Part shown: positions 15,746-30,355 of the stretch, piece by piece
How positions within the stretch are numbered: position 1 is the stretch's first letter
How the letters are laid out: each line of letters starts with the position of its first letter
Assembly (NCBI RefSeq): GCF_009914755.1
Contig: NC_060929.1
DNA length: 64,000 bases
Origin: the human T2T-CHM13v2.0 reference genome, Homo sapiens
Strand: one strand, 5' to 3'
The notes under the pieces: model-generated
The model's database searches: none
The model's input: the letters and a program-made list of their open reading frames with translations, nothing else
What the model was told of the DNA's origin: nothing
Program-made: the position numbers and the translations under genes

Positions 15746-16789
15746 TCACACACACACACAGAGTACCCAAATGTTATTGTCTGTTTACTATGGATCACAG
15801 AGGGGCTCTGTTTATTGCAGTCACTCAGGGATCTAGGATGATGAAGCTGCCATTGATCTCAACAATTGTTAGTTGTTATGCTACAGGGAAAACATCCTCT
15901 GGCAGATCTTGTATCAGCAGTTGATACTCATTACTTCTACTTATAATTTAGAGGCTAGAACTAGTCATGTGTCCCCATCTAATTCAAGAACAAGGAAGAG
16001 CAATCCTACATTGTGCCTGTGAGGTAGGAAACCAGAAATAGTCAGTGAACATGTGAATGACTGTTCACTTCCCCACTCCAGGGCCTGCGACCTTGCTGTT
16101 CTCTCATCTTGGTATGATGTTCCTTCACCTCTGCACAGAGCTGGCTCCTTTTCATCCTTTGGTTCTAGAATTTCCCTTAGAGAACTTCTGTGGTAAGTCA
16201 TTTCCAAGCAGTGCCTTAATTTTCTCCCCATTTCTTTTGAGCTCTTTATCCCATCCTCCAATATGTTATTATAATCCTGCTTATGTCATAATCTAAAATT
16301 ATTTGTATATTTCTTTGCTTATTTTTTATTGACTATTCTCCTTAGAATGTAAACTTTTTGAGGTTGTAATTTGTATTCTTCTCGTATTCAATTCCTGAAT
16401 CTCCAACATTTAAAACAATGCCTAGCAAGCTCATAATAGAAAATCAATAAATATTCATTAAATAAATGAATGAAGATGCTTTCTTACCTTTCTAGCATTT
16501 TTCATGCTGTTCCTTCTTCCTTTCTCAGACAAAATACTATGCATTATCTAATGTTCTAAGCTTAATGTCATCCTCTCCATAAACCCTTCCCCTAGTCATA
16601 GGGGTAATTTTGAAGTGAACCATGCTCTCATAAAATTTTACTTATTCCTTTTTGGATACCAGATACTCTGTCTTGCATCTTTGTAGTTGTATGCATGACT
16701 CTCCACCATTTCCTATTCCACATCTTGGATTAGATTTATATAGCCTTAATACAAAGTATTATACCTTACGAATGTTTTATGTCCCAGTA

Positions 16790-17730
16790 CCAAGCCTATT
16801 CAACAAATATCTACCAACCAACTGTGTTCTAGGAAATATTCTAAATGCTGGGGATACAGTAGTGAAGAGCCCTGGGGGCACTTATTTTCTACAGAGGCAC
16901 ACAGAACAACAAACAGATAAATATATAACTAGAAGTGATAAGCACTTTGAATAAAATTAAAGTAGGATAAATGGGACAGACAGTGAAGAAGGAGTGGTTA
17001 ATTTAAAAATGTTGGTCAGAGAAAGTTTTTCTGAGATGTGATACTTGAATAGAGCTCTGCATGAAATGAAGATGCAAGCCATCCATGCACCTGGGAGAAA
17101 TATGTTACAGGTAAGCTCAACAGCAAGTGCAAAGGCCGTGATAAATAAGCCAGAAGTAGCCTAGTGTAACTCATATGCAGTGGGATGGGGGAGAAGGCAG
17201 AGGGTTGTTGGGACCACATTTTACATTGTAGGCCATGCAGTGGGTCTGGGTTTTGTTTTAAATATGTTGGCATGCCATTAGTAGATTTTGAACAGATTAA
17301 GGTGGTTTAAAGCATCAAATCAACCAGGAGGGTCTCCTCCGTGGAGAACAGTCAGAAGTGGGGGCAGCAAGAGTGGAATAAAAAAATAAAAACCGGTTAA
17401 GAAGCTATTTGATAGACCAGGTGGGAGAAGAAGGTAGCTTGGATTAGAGTGTAGTGCAGAAATGTTTGAGAAGTGGTCAGAAGGTGAGAGTGGTATTCAG
17501 GGAGTCAAGAAAGAAAGTGTTTCAATAGAGAGGAGAATTTTAAAAAATCAATGCTGCTGAGAAGTTGAACAAGAAGAGGATAAATAATTGATACCTGGAG
17601 GTCATTGGTGAGCTTGATGAGAGTGGCTTTCCTGGAGCAATGGAAAGAAAAGCCTGAGTGAAGTGATTCCAAGAAAAGGTGGAATATGAGGATGTGGAGA
17701 CAGAGAATATAGATTGATGCAATTTTGCTA
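16790..17730 (-). mobile_element. L2 (antisense)
   Basis: attcaacaaatatcta...tgtgttctaggaaatattctaaatgctggggatacag...atcaatgctgctgagaagttgaacaag...ggaggtcattggtgagcttga. Confidence 0.7.
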
Positions 17731-18402
17731 GTAAAAAAGAAGCATATACATGAGAGGGGATTATAAGGATTATAACGTGAAATGAATAATTACTTAAAGT
17801 ATTAACATATTATTTTTAAAACAACACACAAAAGATAGGAAGAAATTGACTTATTATTCTCCTCTCTCCATTCCATTAACTTCTCCCTATGCTCAGGGAA
17901 AAGAAAGACCTTCTGTATGGATGGGGACAAAATGGACTCTGGGGAGACCAGCCAGGCCACTTTGCTTAAAGTAAAGGCTCTAGAGGGAGGCACGGGGGAA
18001 AAACAGTAGAAACACACTGGGGCAAAGGCTCTCTCGTCCGTTTTAGGATCTCTCTCTCTCTGTCTTGCCTATCCTTTCTTGGCCCTGACATTGTTTTCTC
18101 CCATTTTGGGTTTCTGCCTAGTGCTTCTGAATTTTAATTTCCCGAAAGCCAGTTGTCCTGGCAAGAATGCCTTGTTGCAGATGGAAAAGGTGGGGGTAAT
18201 CAAAATAATGAAAATGAAAGCTATAACAAAGTCTAATTGTTTTATATTAAAAAGATGAATCAATTCTGTTTTTTACCTCCAATATTTTTCCTCATCAAAG
18301 AAATAAGGCTTTAAAAATGGAATCAGGTTGTGGACCTAGAAGAAAAAACGACAGAAAAACAAAAAGCAAACAAAAAATCACTTGACTGTTTTTAGTGTAT
18401 AC

Positions 18403-18648
18403 CAGGGGTCAGCAAACTACAACCCACAGGCCAATCTGTTTTTGTAAATAAAGTTTTGTAAATCTGCCATCTGTTTTTGTAAATAAAGCTTTATTGGAAC
18501 ACAGCCATGCTTATTTATTTTCATATTGTCAATGCCTGCTTTTGTGCTACAATGTCAGCACTGAGTAGTTGTGACAGAAAGTATATGGCTGTAAAAGCCT
18601 AAGATATTTGCTATCTAGCTCTCTATAGAAAATGTTTGCTAACTTCCT
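18403..18648 (+). mobile_element. MER58A hAT MITE with a short internal duplication
   Basis: caggggtcagcaaactac...ttattggaacacagccatg...gaaaatgtttgctaac; atctgtttttgtaaataaag occurs twice. Confidence 0.9.
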
Positions 18649-20969
18649 CATTTACACTAACATTTCCCAAAATGTGCCCTCAGTGACATTACCTCAGTGG
18701 GGTACCATGAGCACACAGGATTGGAAAATTTCAAATTAAGTGAGGGTAAGCAAATTTATTCAATGTGTAGGACTCATGGAGGCTTACATGTGCCACTATG
18801 AATTATGAGTCTCTAAAAGGAAGGTAAAGTGTTCTTTGTAGGCTTAAAGATAAGATCTTAGGGCAATTAGGAGGGGAATTTAGTTCTGAATTCTAAAAAT
18901 GCCTAGATCCTGGCCTGGAAGACACCTCTTCTTTTCATAGAATTCTGGATAAGTAAAATCTATAAGGAAAAACCATTTTATTAATAGTTCTTCAAGTAGC
19001 CAATGCCCCAATATAGGGCTCCCCTGTAAATGATAATGTTAAAACACATAATATGTAATTTAAGGCATACAAGGGGCTTCCTATCTTCCCCTGGTTTAAG
19101 TCTTTAAATATTACTATCTCATGCCAGGCTCATGGATAAAGGAAGCTGAGTAAATGGATGGAGAGCAATATGGCAGAGGTCTTCACCGGCCTTGGTCTAA
19201 CTTATGTATCTGGAGGAGAGAGAAAGAAGAGACAACAATCAGCCACATCTGCACAGAAACAGCTGTGTAAATGGATGTGTGGGAGAGCACTGCAGCCTTG
19301 TTTATGCTTTTAAGACACAGTGATTGCATCGAATCATCATTACAGTCCAGTCACTATCCCAAAACTCTGAATAATATGATATGTAATTCTTCCTTCTTTA
19401 CTGCTGACAGACAATTAAAAGGCATGAGCAAAAGTAACAGGCACAGTAACAGGATGCTGTAGTACATTCTTTCCCTACAGTTTGCTGACGTTCCCTAACT
19501 TATCTGAATTCAATATCCTTTGTTTTTCACAGAACTCATAGTGAGACCAATCTTCTGGAAACAACCCACTCGATTTTTAGTGGGCATAAGAATTTACTGG
19601 AGATTTTTGATTAATACTAATTCCCATCACAGTACTCCAGCTGAAAGATTGCATTTCAGCAGACTCAGGAGCCTGCATTTTTTTTTTTAAACTCCCACTT
19701 GGTTCACAAACAGGTAGTCCACTGGTCATAATTTGAGAAACAATGGTCTCAACGTTAGCTGGAGAAGCAAAAGGAGTCCTTAAGCTGTTGCGTAGTTCTG
19801 CCCTACTCAGTAGAAAAGGCTGGAGTAAAACTCCAGGCTGATAACTACGCTTGAGTTAAATCATGCTACCTATCATCTTTGGAAACCTCTGACACAGATA
19901 AGGAGTTGGCCTAGACTTTTAGTTTGAAATTTTGGCAAACTGAACTCTCTGAGACATGACTCATAAACCAGATCTAGAAAACCTGGAGAGTCTGAAAGAT
20001 TGTAGGGGCCCTTTGTGTGTCAGAATTGATTGAATCATTTACATAAGGAAACAATAGTTGGAGGACTTTTTAGGGTTACACTCAAGAAAGATTAAAATTC
20101 AGTTTTCTGTGTTATTTAAATATGCTGTCTGGAAATTTATAGTATCTCCCTTTTTGTAAGTCACTGATAACATTAAGAATGGTATAGATGACATGAAAGA
20201 TCTTGCATGGTTTGCAGGCAGTTTTCAAGAGAAATAAAGACTTATGAGAACAACTCAAATTAAGCTGTCTGAAAAGGGAATGAGCTGCCTTGGTAGCCAG
20301 CAAACTTACATAATGAAAAAATGTACAAGCATAAGATAGATTGTAGAGGGAATTCAAATATCTCACCAGTTCTAAGGTTCTATATTTTAAAGTTCTAAAT
20401 TTTAAAATTCTTACCAGCTCTGAGATTCTGAGTCTGTTATATAATCATTTCATACCTGTTTTTTGGATGACAATGCCAATTTTACATTTTATTTCAGTAA
20501 ATATAACTTACATGTCCACTTGGGGGTAGTAAAGTATTTTTTCAATATCTCTAGGGAGTCTTCAGCATTTCCTTTGCACATCCATTAGATGCAAGTAAAA
20601 ATAGTACCAACGAGATGTTGTACTATTTCTTTCAGTTTGTAAATTACAGTTTCTTCCGGTGCATACGTAAACACAGTAGAAATTATGGGCAATCAGGTTT
20701 TATTTTATTTTTCTATTTTTTCTTTTTCTGCAATGCCCAGAGAATTAAAGACATACAAATTAAAGTGGTTTTATCAGCAGCAAATATGCCCAGAGTAGGT
20801 CCAGGCTGAATGACATTAAAGTTAATTCTACAATGGTCCCATTACATTTAATTTAATTTAATTCAAAATAAAACAGTCCCAAGGTGGCTTGAAAGTTTCT
20901 GTGTTGTAAAGATATGCCAATACTTGAGTTCTTCTCCTCCTCCTAAATAATTTCAAGATTATTAAATTT

Positions 20970-21745
<776 letters not shown>

Positions 21746-22084
21746 AACATAGATATAAATTTTACAACTAAAGAGTTTTAAATTATTTCTCATTTGAAAA
21801 GTTATTAAGGTAATATTCTTGGTTAATCGGATTTCTATTTTACGGGCAGGGAAACAAGAATGTGTCTTGCACTGGTAGTCAGCAGACATAGGTGTCAGTT
21901 CTTTCTCCGAGTTGAGCAGCTGCAACACCTCAGGCACATTATGCAAGTAATGAATCTTGATTCCTCTGTCATTGAAGAAAGGCAGTTTGAGTACACTCTT
22001 TAAGATCCTTTCTAGTTTGGAAATTCTTTTTCAACAAAAAATCAAATTCCCTTCTAAGAACATCTAACTGTCTTTCCTCTAGAC

Positions 22085-22228
22085 CAGAGTTTCTCAACCT
22101 CAGCACTATTGAAATTTTGGGTCAGATGATTTTGGGGGCCATCCTGGACGTTGCAGGATGTTGCACTGAAACCCTGGCCTCTACCTACCAGACATCAAAA
22201 GACAATCAAAAATGTCTTCAGACACTGG
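22085..22228 (+). mobile_element. MER20 fragment
   Basis: cagagtttctcaacctcagcactattgaaattttgggtcagat...caaaaatgtcttcagaca. Confidence 0.75.
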
Positions 22229-22269
22229 AGACTGAATCTAACATGCAAATATAATTTCCTTTTCTATAA

Positions 22270-22642
<373 letters not shown>

Positions 22643-22884
22643 TTAAATGTATTTTTTAATTTAAAAGATAAGTGATCTTTTGAGGTAGAAAATCATGGCC
22701 TGGAGGTGAGAGGGTGTTTCTAGTGACTGTGTCAGGAATTGGGGGTGGGGAAGACACACTATTCATACTAAGCATGAATCATGCAGACTCACAGAAAATG
22801 AAATGACTAGAGAAAAATCTCTAGGAGCCACAGAAGCAATTGTGTGAAAGTATGTGTGAGTTACTGTGATGGATACTTGTTTAA

Positions 22885-24480
22885 AAATTTTATTTTACTT
22901 GAAGTTCCGGGATATATGTGCAGGACATGCAGGTTTGTTACATAGGCAAATGTGTGCCATGGGGATCTGCTGCACCTATCAACCCATTACCTAGGTATTA
23001 AGCCTCACATGCATTAGCTATTTGTCCTGATAACTCTCCCTGCCCCATCCCCCTGACAGGCCCCAGTGTGTGTTGTTCCCCTCCCTGTGTCCATGTGTTC
23101 TCACTGTTCAGCTCCCACTTATGAGAGAATATGCAGTGTTTGGTTTTCTGTTTCTGTGTGAGTTTGCTGAGGATGATGGCTTCCAGCTTCATCTGCGTCT
23201 CTTCAAGGAGCATGTTCTCCTTTTTTTAATGGCTGCATAGTATTCCATGGTATATATGTACCACATTTTCTTTATCCAGTCTATTGTTGATGGGCATTTG
23301 GGTTGATTTCATGTCTTTGATACTGTGAATAGTGCTGCAATAAACATATGTGTGCATGTATCTTTATAATAGAATGATTTATATTCCTTTAGGTATATAC
23401 CCAGTAATGGGATTGCTGGGCCAAGTGGTATTTCTGGTTCTAGATCCTTGAGGAATGGCCACATTGTCTTCCACAATGGTTGAACTAATTTACATTCCCA
23501 CCGACATTGTAAAAGTGTTCCCGTTTCTCCACAGCCTTGCCAGCACTTGTTTTTTGACTTTCTAATAATTACCATTCTAACTGGCATGAGATAGTATCTC
23601 ATTGTGGTTTTGATTTGCAATGATCAGTGATGTTGCGCTTTTATTTGCATGTCTGTTGGCTGCATAAATGTCTTTTTTTGAGAAGTGTCTGTTCATGTCC
23701 TTTACCCACTTTTAGATGGATTTTTTTTTCTTGTAAATTTGTTTAAGTTTCTTGTAAATTCTGGATATTAGACCTTTGTCAGATGGGTAGATTGAAAAAA
23801 AATTTCCCCATTCTGTAGGTTGCCTGTTCACTCTGTGAAGAATGTCAATAGTGGTTTAATGGGAATGGCATTGAAGCTATAAATTACTTTGGGCATTATA
23901 GCCATTTTCATGATATTGATTCTTCCTATCCACAAGGATGGAATGTTTTTCTATTTGTTTGTGTCCTCTCTTATTTCCTTGAGCAGTGCTTTGTAGTTCT
24001 CCTTGAATAAGTCCTTCACATCCCTTGTTAACTGTATTCCTAGGTATTTTATTCTCTTTGTAGCAATTGTGAATGGGAGTTTATTCATGATGTGGCTCTC
24101 TGCTTGTCTATTGTTGATGTATAGGAATGTTTGTTATTTTTGCATATCGATTTTGTGTCCTGAGACTTTGCTTAAATTGCTTATCAGCTTAAGGACCTTT
24201 TGAGCTGAGATGATGGGGTTTCCTAGATATAGGATTATGTCATCTGCAAACAGAGACAATTTGACTTCCTCTCTTCCTGTTTCAATATCCCCCCCCTTTT
24301 TTTTTTCTTGCCTGATTGCCCTGGCCAGGACTTCCAATACCATGTTGAATAGGAGTGGTGAGAGAGGGTATCCTTTTCTTGGGCCGGTTTTCAAAGGGAA
24401 TGCTTCCAGCTTTTGCCCATTCAGTATGATATTGGCTGTGGGTTTGACATAAATAGCTTTTATTATTTTGAGATATGTTT
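22885..24480 (-). mobile_element. L1PA (middle-aged), 5'-truncated, with an internal deletion
   Basis: Antisense 3'UTR and ORF2 remnants ([21 protein letters not shown]...[11 protein letters not shown] motif; MQIKTTMRY...PLWKTMW). Confidence 0.93.
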
Positions 24481-24486
24481 TTGTTC

Positions 24487-25035
24487 TGTGATGGTTAATT
24501 TTATGTGTCAACTTGACTGGGCCACAAGACACCCAGACATTTTGGTCAAACGTTAGTGTGGGTGTGCCTGTGAGGGTGTTTCTGGATGAGATTAACATTT
24601 AAATTCATCTGAATGTTAGATTGAGTAAAAGAGATTGCCCTTCCTAATGTGAGTGGGCCTCATCTAACCAATTGAAGATCTGAATAGAACAAAAATGTTA
24701 AGTAAGAGAGAAGTTCTCCTGCTTGACTGCTTGGGATGGAACTTTGTTCTTCTGTCCTTGAACTGAAGCTTATACCATTGCCTTCCCTGGGTCTTTAGTC
24801 CTTAGACTCAAACGGGAATTACACCCTCATCTCTCCTGGGTCTCCAGATATCCAACTACAGATGTTGGGACTTCTCAGTTTCTATAATCATCTGAGCCAA
24901 TCTTCCCTTCCTTCTTCCCTTCCTTCTTCTCTTCCTTCTTCCCTTCCTTCTTCCCTTCCCCTCCCTCCCTCCCTCCCTCCCTCCCTTCCTTCCTTCCTTC
25001 CTTCCCTCCTTCCTTTCTCTTTCTCTCTCTTTCTC

Positions 25036-25093
<58 letters not shown>

Positions 25094-25245
25094 TCTCTCT
25101 CTCTCTCTCTCTCCTTCCTTCCTTCCTTCTTCTCTTTCCTTTCTTTTATTCCTTTCTTTTTTATCTATTTATCTATCACCATCATCCATCTATCTATCCA
25201 TTCATTCATCCATCCTACTGGTTCTCATTCCCTGGAGAACCCTAA
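24487..25245 (+). mobile_element. MLT2-family solo LTR
   Basis: tgtgatggttaattttatgtgtcaacttgactgggcc...gtgagggtgtttctggatgagattaacattt...ggttctcattccctggagaacccta. Confidence 0.9.
24900..25215 (+). repeat. Compound (CTTC)n/(CCCT)n/(CTTT)n/(CT)n/(TCCA)n microsatellite
   Basis: Direct reading; about 245-bp uninterrupted pyrimidine tract. Confidence 0.95.
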
Positions 25246-25448
25246 GGAGAGTTATGATAAGAGAAAATATGGTCATGGAAAACTTCTCGAAGAGACAAGT
25301 TGAGAAGAAGGTGGAGAGAAGAATTTTAGGTGAGTCACAACTTTTCTAAGAATCATATTGCAGAACCTGGCACTTTATAACACTTGAAGAGTTTTTCCAT
25401 CTACCCTGGGTTTCTCCTGTTGCCATCCTCAGCTCATAGGCTCACAAT

Positions 25449-25854
25449 TGATAAGGAATCGCTCCTTGATCAAACTGTAGTCAGGCTCCTTTGAGCCTTG
25501 TTTTTACTAGGCCTCTCTGTGGCTCCCATCTTTGGCCTGCTGAGGCCAGTTTTAGCTAGAATCCTACTAAGCTATTTTATAGACCTTGATATTCAGCCAG
25601 GCTTCTTTTCATGTGTTTTTTATCTAATCAACTCTCTCAGCCTCCTAATACCTAATAAAGTTCCTCTTGGCAATTTTTATTGTCTCCCTCACTCTGACTA
25701 TAGGCTATAAATCCCCACTTGTTTCAGTCATATTTGGAGTTGAGTTCAATTTCTCTCACCTGTGGCACTAGTCTCTCCCCCATTGTAATTGTGTTGAATA
25801 AAGCTTGCTTGCCATTACTAACAAGTTTCCAGTGCAATTTTTTTTTCTTTTACA
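25449..25854 (+). mobile_element. MER31-like ERV1 solo LTR
   Basis: tgataaggaatcgctccttgatcaaactgtagtcaggctcc...ccagttttagctagaatcc...ttgaataaag...ttttaca. Confidence 0.75.
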
Positions 25855-26339
25855 CCATTAGGAAATGACACTCCAATAGGTAAAAATTATAGGGTGAAGT
25901 TTGAGACTGAATTCTAAGACCTTCTTTCAATTTCAGTCAAAGCATGATTTTAGACTTTTAAGAATCCCAGTGTGAGCCACCCAACAGTTACCTAGCATAT
26001 TTTAAAGCTATGTCCTTCTGCTGTCAAGAATTTGGTTTGTGTATAAGGAATACAAGCTTTTTTTAAAAAGCTAATCAAATTAGATAGATAAACCTATTAA
26101 TGAAATTCTCTTAAATGAGACCCAAAGATCATTATTACACATTGAAGAAGTATGCTTTTTTATATTATAATTTATTTTCTAAATTATACAGGCTATAGGT
26201 ACTCCTCGTTCATTAAAGGTAGTGAGGTATGGAAGGAACCATGGGCCCAAGTCAGGATAAATCAGTCCTGATATGAACCTACTGACTCATTGTTTCATCT
26301 CAGACAAGCCATATTTCCTTTTTGTGCTTTAGAAAGTTG

Positions 26340-26580
26340 GTATAGATTTGTAGCTAAGAGCTGGCGGTCTAGACTTAGAACTAACTGGCAGAATTAAATC
26401 TCATCTCCAACATTTATTAGCTGTGTAACTGTGGGCAAATCACTTAAGTCCTCTGTTTCAATGTATTTTTGTTCTATGGGATGGGAATTATAATAGTGTC
26501 CATCTCTTGGTAAGGTTAAAATAGATCATAAATGTAAAGCTCTTAGTAGAGTAGCTAGAAAAGTCTCAATTAACATTACT
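26340..26580 (+). mobile_element. MIR
   Basis: Core ttattagctgtgtaactgtgggcaaatcacttaagtcctctgtttc...ggttaaatagatcataaatgtaaagctcttag. Confidence 0.75.
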
Positions 26581-27194
26581 GATACATAAAAAACTGTTGA
26601 ACTAGATAATCCTGAAGGCTCCTTCATTTTCTAAATGTCTATAAAATTCATAATGTACATAGGGGTTTAAAATAGGCTGCATGTCTGTATTGAATCAGGG
26701 CCACAGCTAAGAAGAGATAGTGAAAGAATGACTGTAAATTTCCTTTCAGTCAGTAATCTGAAAACCGTATAATGTATTTATTGTGCATTTCCACATACTA
26801 AAGAAAAAGAGTCTTCAGCTAAGTAGAGGAGAATGTGGAATATTTGCATCTTTTTACAGTGAATCCTGTGGGATATTTAAAAACAGATGTATACAAAAGA
26901 TAAGTAGATCTGTTGCTATTTTCTGCACTAATATTAATGGACAGCATTCCACAGTAATACTTCCACTGTAGGTTAATTACAAAATGCTGATGAGGCTTTC
27001 ATGTCATAATTAGCATGCTTCAGCCTATTTTATCTGGTACCTCTGGGTCAAATATCTGGTCCATTGACTATTTTTTTCAATGAGTTAACCACAACTTTAA
27101 GTGGCCTATAATTATAACAGTGTTATTGGCATTTATTCTAAAAACAAATCACATATATTACAACAAGATGGCAGAATACCAGCATATTAATAGC

Positions 27195-27393
27195 TAGTGG
27201 TGTGCTGATAAGCCAGCTAGCTGGGAGAGGAAAAAAGCCCTGATTTGTGGTGTTTGCCAATTTCTGCAATACAAATATTTTCACCGTGACTGATTTCAAG
27301 CTATCAATCATTTGACAACAGGCCTGCAAAAGTCCTAAATATTTAACAATAAGCTTTTATAAGCCAGTCCAAGCCAGTACCAGCACACTACTG
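27195..27393 (+). mobile_element. MER63 (hAT-Blackjack) MITE
   Basis: TIRs tagtggtgtgctg / cagcacactactg; internal aaaaagccctgatttgtggtgtttgccaatttc. Confidence 0.8.
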
Positions 27394-27828
27394 AACCACT
27401 GATACTTTTACATACTGAATTCTTATGTTGGAATAATGTTACTTCTTTAGCTGTCCCACAAATATGTTCATTCAATTAAAATTCATCCATTAGGAGAGTA
27501 TCTTTATGTAAGACTTAAGTGCACTTTACAATAGAGGTTATAATAATTTGAGTCACAGACTACTTTGAGGAGCTAAGCAAGGCTATATACATTTTCTCTC
27601 CAAGGGGGGAAAAGTACTAAGAATTTTGAATATAATTTCAGGAGATTCTTGGATCTCCTTACATTTGTTCATGGGTGTCAGCTTTAAAACGCCTGCTATT
27701 TCTTTGAGCTAGAGAAACTAATGTGACAGGCAACATTCTGAATGTCATTGCTTCAGTTCACTAAGCTTATAGATTACTGGAGTGCTAAAAAGTCACTATC
27801 TCATTGCAAAAGAGTTAAGTTACCAATA

Positions 27829-28171
27829 CAGTCATGTGTCACTTAGTGATGAGGATATTTTCTGAGAAACGCATCATTAGGCAATTTTGTTATTGTGCAA
27901 ACATCATACACAAAACTAGCTGGTATAGCCTACTACACACCTAGGCTATATGGTATAGCCTATTGCTCCTAGGCTACAAATCTTTACAGCATGTTCTTGT
28001 ACTGAATACTGTAAATAACTGTAACACGATAGTAAGTATTTTTGTATCTCAACATATCTCAACATAGAAAAGTTACAGTAAAAATGTGATATTATAATCT
28101 TATGGGACCACCTTCACATATTAGTCTGTGGTCTACTAATGACTGAAACATTGTTATGCAGCACATGACTA
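27829..28171 (+). mobile_element. Tigger3a/MER7A MITE
   Basis: ta-cagtcatgtgtcac...ttctgagaaacgcatcattaggc...gcctactacacacctaggcta...gcagcacatgacta-ta. Confidence 0.85.
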
Positions 28172-29454
28172 TATTTTATTAATCATGTTTACTGTGTGGA
28201 CTCTTCTATCATTATTCTAAAACTCAGAGATCACAAGGAATTCATAAAAAGATCATGAGGTCAATTTAATTAACCTCATTAGAAGCATTAAACAATTTAA
28301 TTTTGTTTTCTCCCTTTGTTCTATGAATTTTATATGAACCATTACATAAGCTAACTCTAGAACTTGTGATATTTTAATTTTCATTTTGAAATACATACTT
28401 CCTATATGTATATATGTACATGTGTAGATGTATGTATAAACAAAAACTCAGCCAACATTATTTTATTCTTTTTTTTTCTTTTTGAATCTTATTTCCTCCT
28501 GACTAGGTCAAATCCCTTTTTCATATGGTGCCAAAGTACTTGTATTTATATTTTGTGGCACACTTCACAATCAGATTTAAGCAATTATTGTTGTCATGGT
28601 TTTCAGAAATAATAATCTCTTCTTCTAGACATCAACTTTCAAGGGCAGGAAGTTTATAACCTGGCATGATGCACATCTCCTAATGTCACCAAGTGAAGAT
28701 GTGTTTAAAGGAAGAATTTATGTGTAAATAATTAGCTGATACAAGTTTTTAAAAGAAAAAGATAAATGAGGAGGAAACAAAAAAGGACCAAAGTTTTAGT
28801 CAAGCAGTCAAATTGCTAGCTTTAGTTTTAGTGTGTTTCTCTTTCTATCTATTCACTGACAACAGCAGCATTTTTAGTCCTGGTAATCGGGAGGTGATGT
28901 TAATTTGATGTTTAAGGGTTAATAGATTATCATTCAAGAATATCTCTACTTTAAAAGGCAAGTAGAAAATTAATTTCTCCTCCATTTTTGAGGTTTTGTT
29001 TTGCAGAGCCTTTTCAACTCAATCCTCGAATGACCACAGAATTCTGCCCACTAATGTAAACCATCATGAGAGAATTCTGATTTATTAAAACTGGGTTGCA
29101 ATTAGCAGAGTTTCTTTGTTTGTTTTAATGTTGAGTATCTGAATATGACTATTAAATTAACAAATGATGATGTCAGAGACCAATACCCCCATTTATCATT
29201 GGAATCATTCATTCAACTTATGAACAATTCAGAGGCTAAATGCTGGAACTTTTGTGTTTCAGCATCAGTAACTCCTGAGATTGGGAAGGGCCTTCTTGTA
29301 CCATAGGGACAGCAGGCATATCATTATAATCACAAGTGATTGGTTGGCCAACTGAAGGTCAGGTATCCCTGTCAGAAACCTAATCTTAGTCTTTTGTCTC
29401 TTAATATGGTTCCATTTGAAATTGTTGCTTAACTCAATACATTGAAATATGAAG

Positions 29455-29900
29455 CCAACTCACTTTATCACATATTTATTGAACATCTACCATTGTGATA
29501 GATATATTGCCATTGTTCCAACAACAGAAAAAATGAATACCAGATACATCATGTCTTTGACAAATTTACATTCTGGCAAAGCAAGAACATAAATCACTGA
29601 AATAAAAAGCAGAGTGAAGAAAAAGCTTAAGAGACATAAACTGACAGAGAAGTCAGATACAATATCTATTTGAATAAATCAAGCAAGGCTTCATGGAGGA
29701 AGCACCACACTGAGATGAACATTGAAGGATGAGTAGGATAGAAACAGATGGAGATTGGAGATGAAGTGGGCCTTCTACGCATGAAGATCTGCAGCTGGGA
29801 AAAACTGTGGGATGCATTTGCATAAGAACAGCAAGTAATTCCATTTGAATAGAGTATACATTACTTGTGATGGTATAATGGAAAATTATTCTAGGAAGTA
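29455..29900 (-). mobile_element. L2 (antisense) fragment
   Basis: catatttattgaacatctacc...caaggcttcatggaggaag...ttgaaggatgagtagga. Confidence 0.6.
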
Positions 29901-30355
29901 GTTTTGTCCATATTACATGTGTGAAGAGTATTATGTAAGTAATAAAAGACTGAGTAAGTAAAAGTTATGGGTTTGAGACCAATTGTTGCCATTTGACTTG
30001 TCTTTATTCCAAGATAGTAGACCATACTTCCATCTATACTATATGAAATTAGACATTAGAAATCCAAGTCTAGACTAATTTATGAAAATAACTAAGCTCC
30101 TGTTTGGTATAGTTTATGCTTCTTTTGACCTTCCACCGCAGCCCCTCCCTCTTCTCATTCTTCTCTAAGTTGAACTTCTTAGTTTGGATCCAATTCCTAA
30201 TGAGAAATGGCTGATAATGACTTGGCGATTGGGGTGGTAGAGATAATCATTCTAAGGAGCATTCTCATATTATAAGGGGGAACTCTTAAAGTAAAATGCT
30301 GTAGGACTGTAAGGAATCACATTATAATGGCAGTATATGAGGCAGTAGGTAAATA

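Noticed and set aside
24134-24598. 154-aa ORF with a reverse-transcriptase FADD motif
   Set aside because: Chance fusion of antisense MLT2 sequence with a truncated L1 ORF2 remnant, not an independent RT system
24862-25245. 127-aa Ser/Leu/Phe-rich ORF
   Set aside because: Translation of a pyrimidine microsatellite
28780-29450. Repeat-poor stretch rich in TAAT/ATTA motifs as a possible enhancer
   Set aside because: Such motifs are expected by chance in AT-rich DNA; conservation or chromatin data are needed
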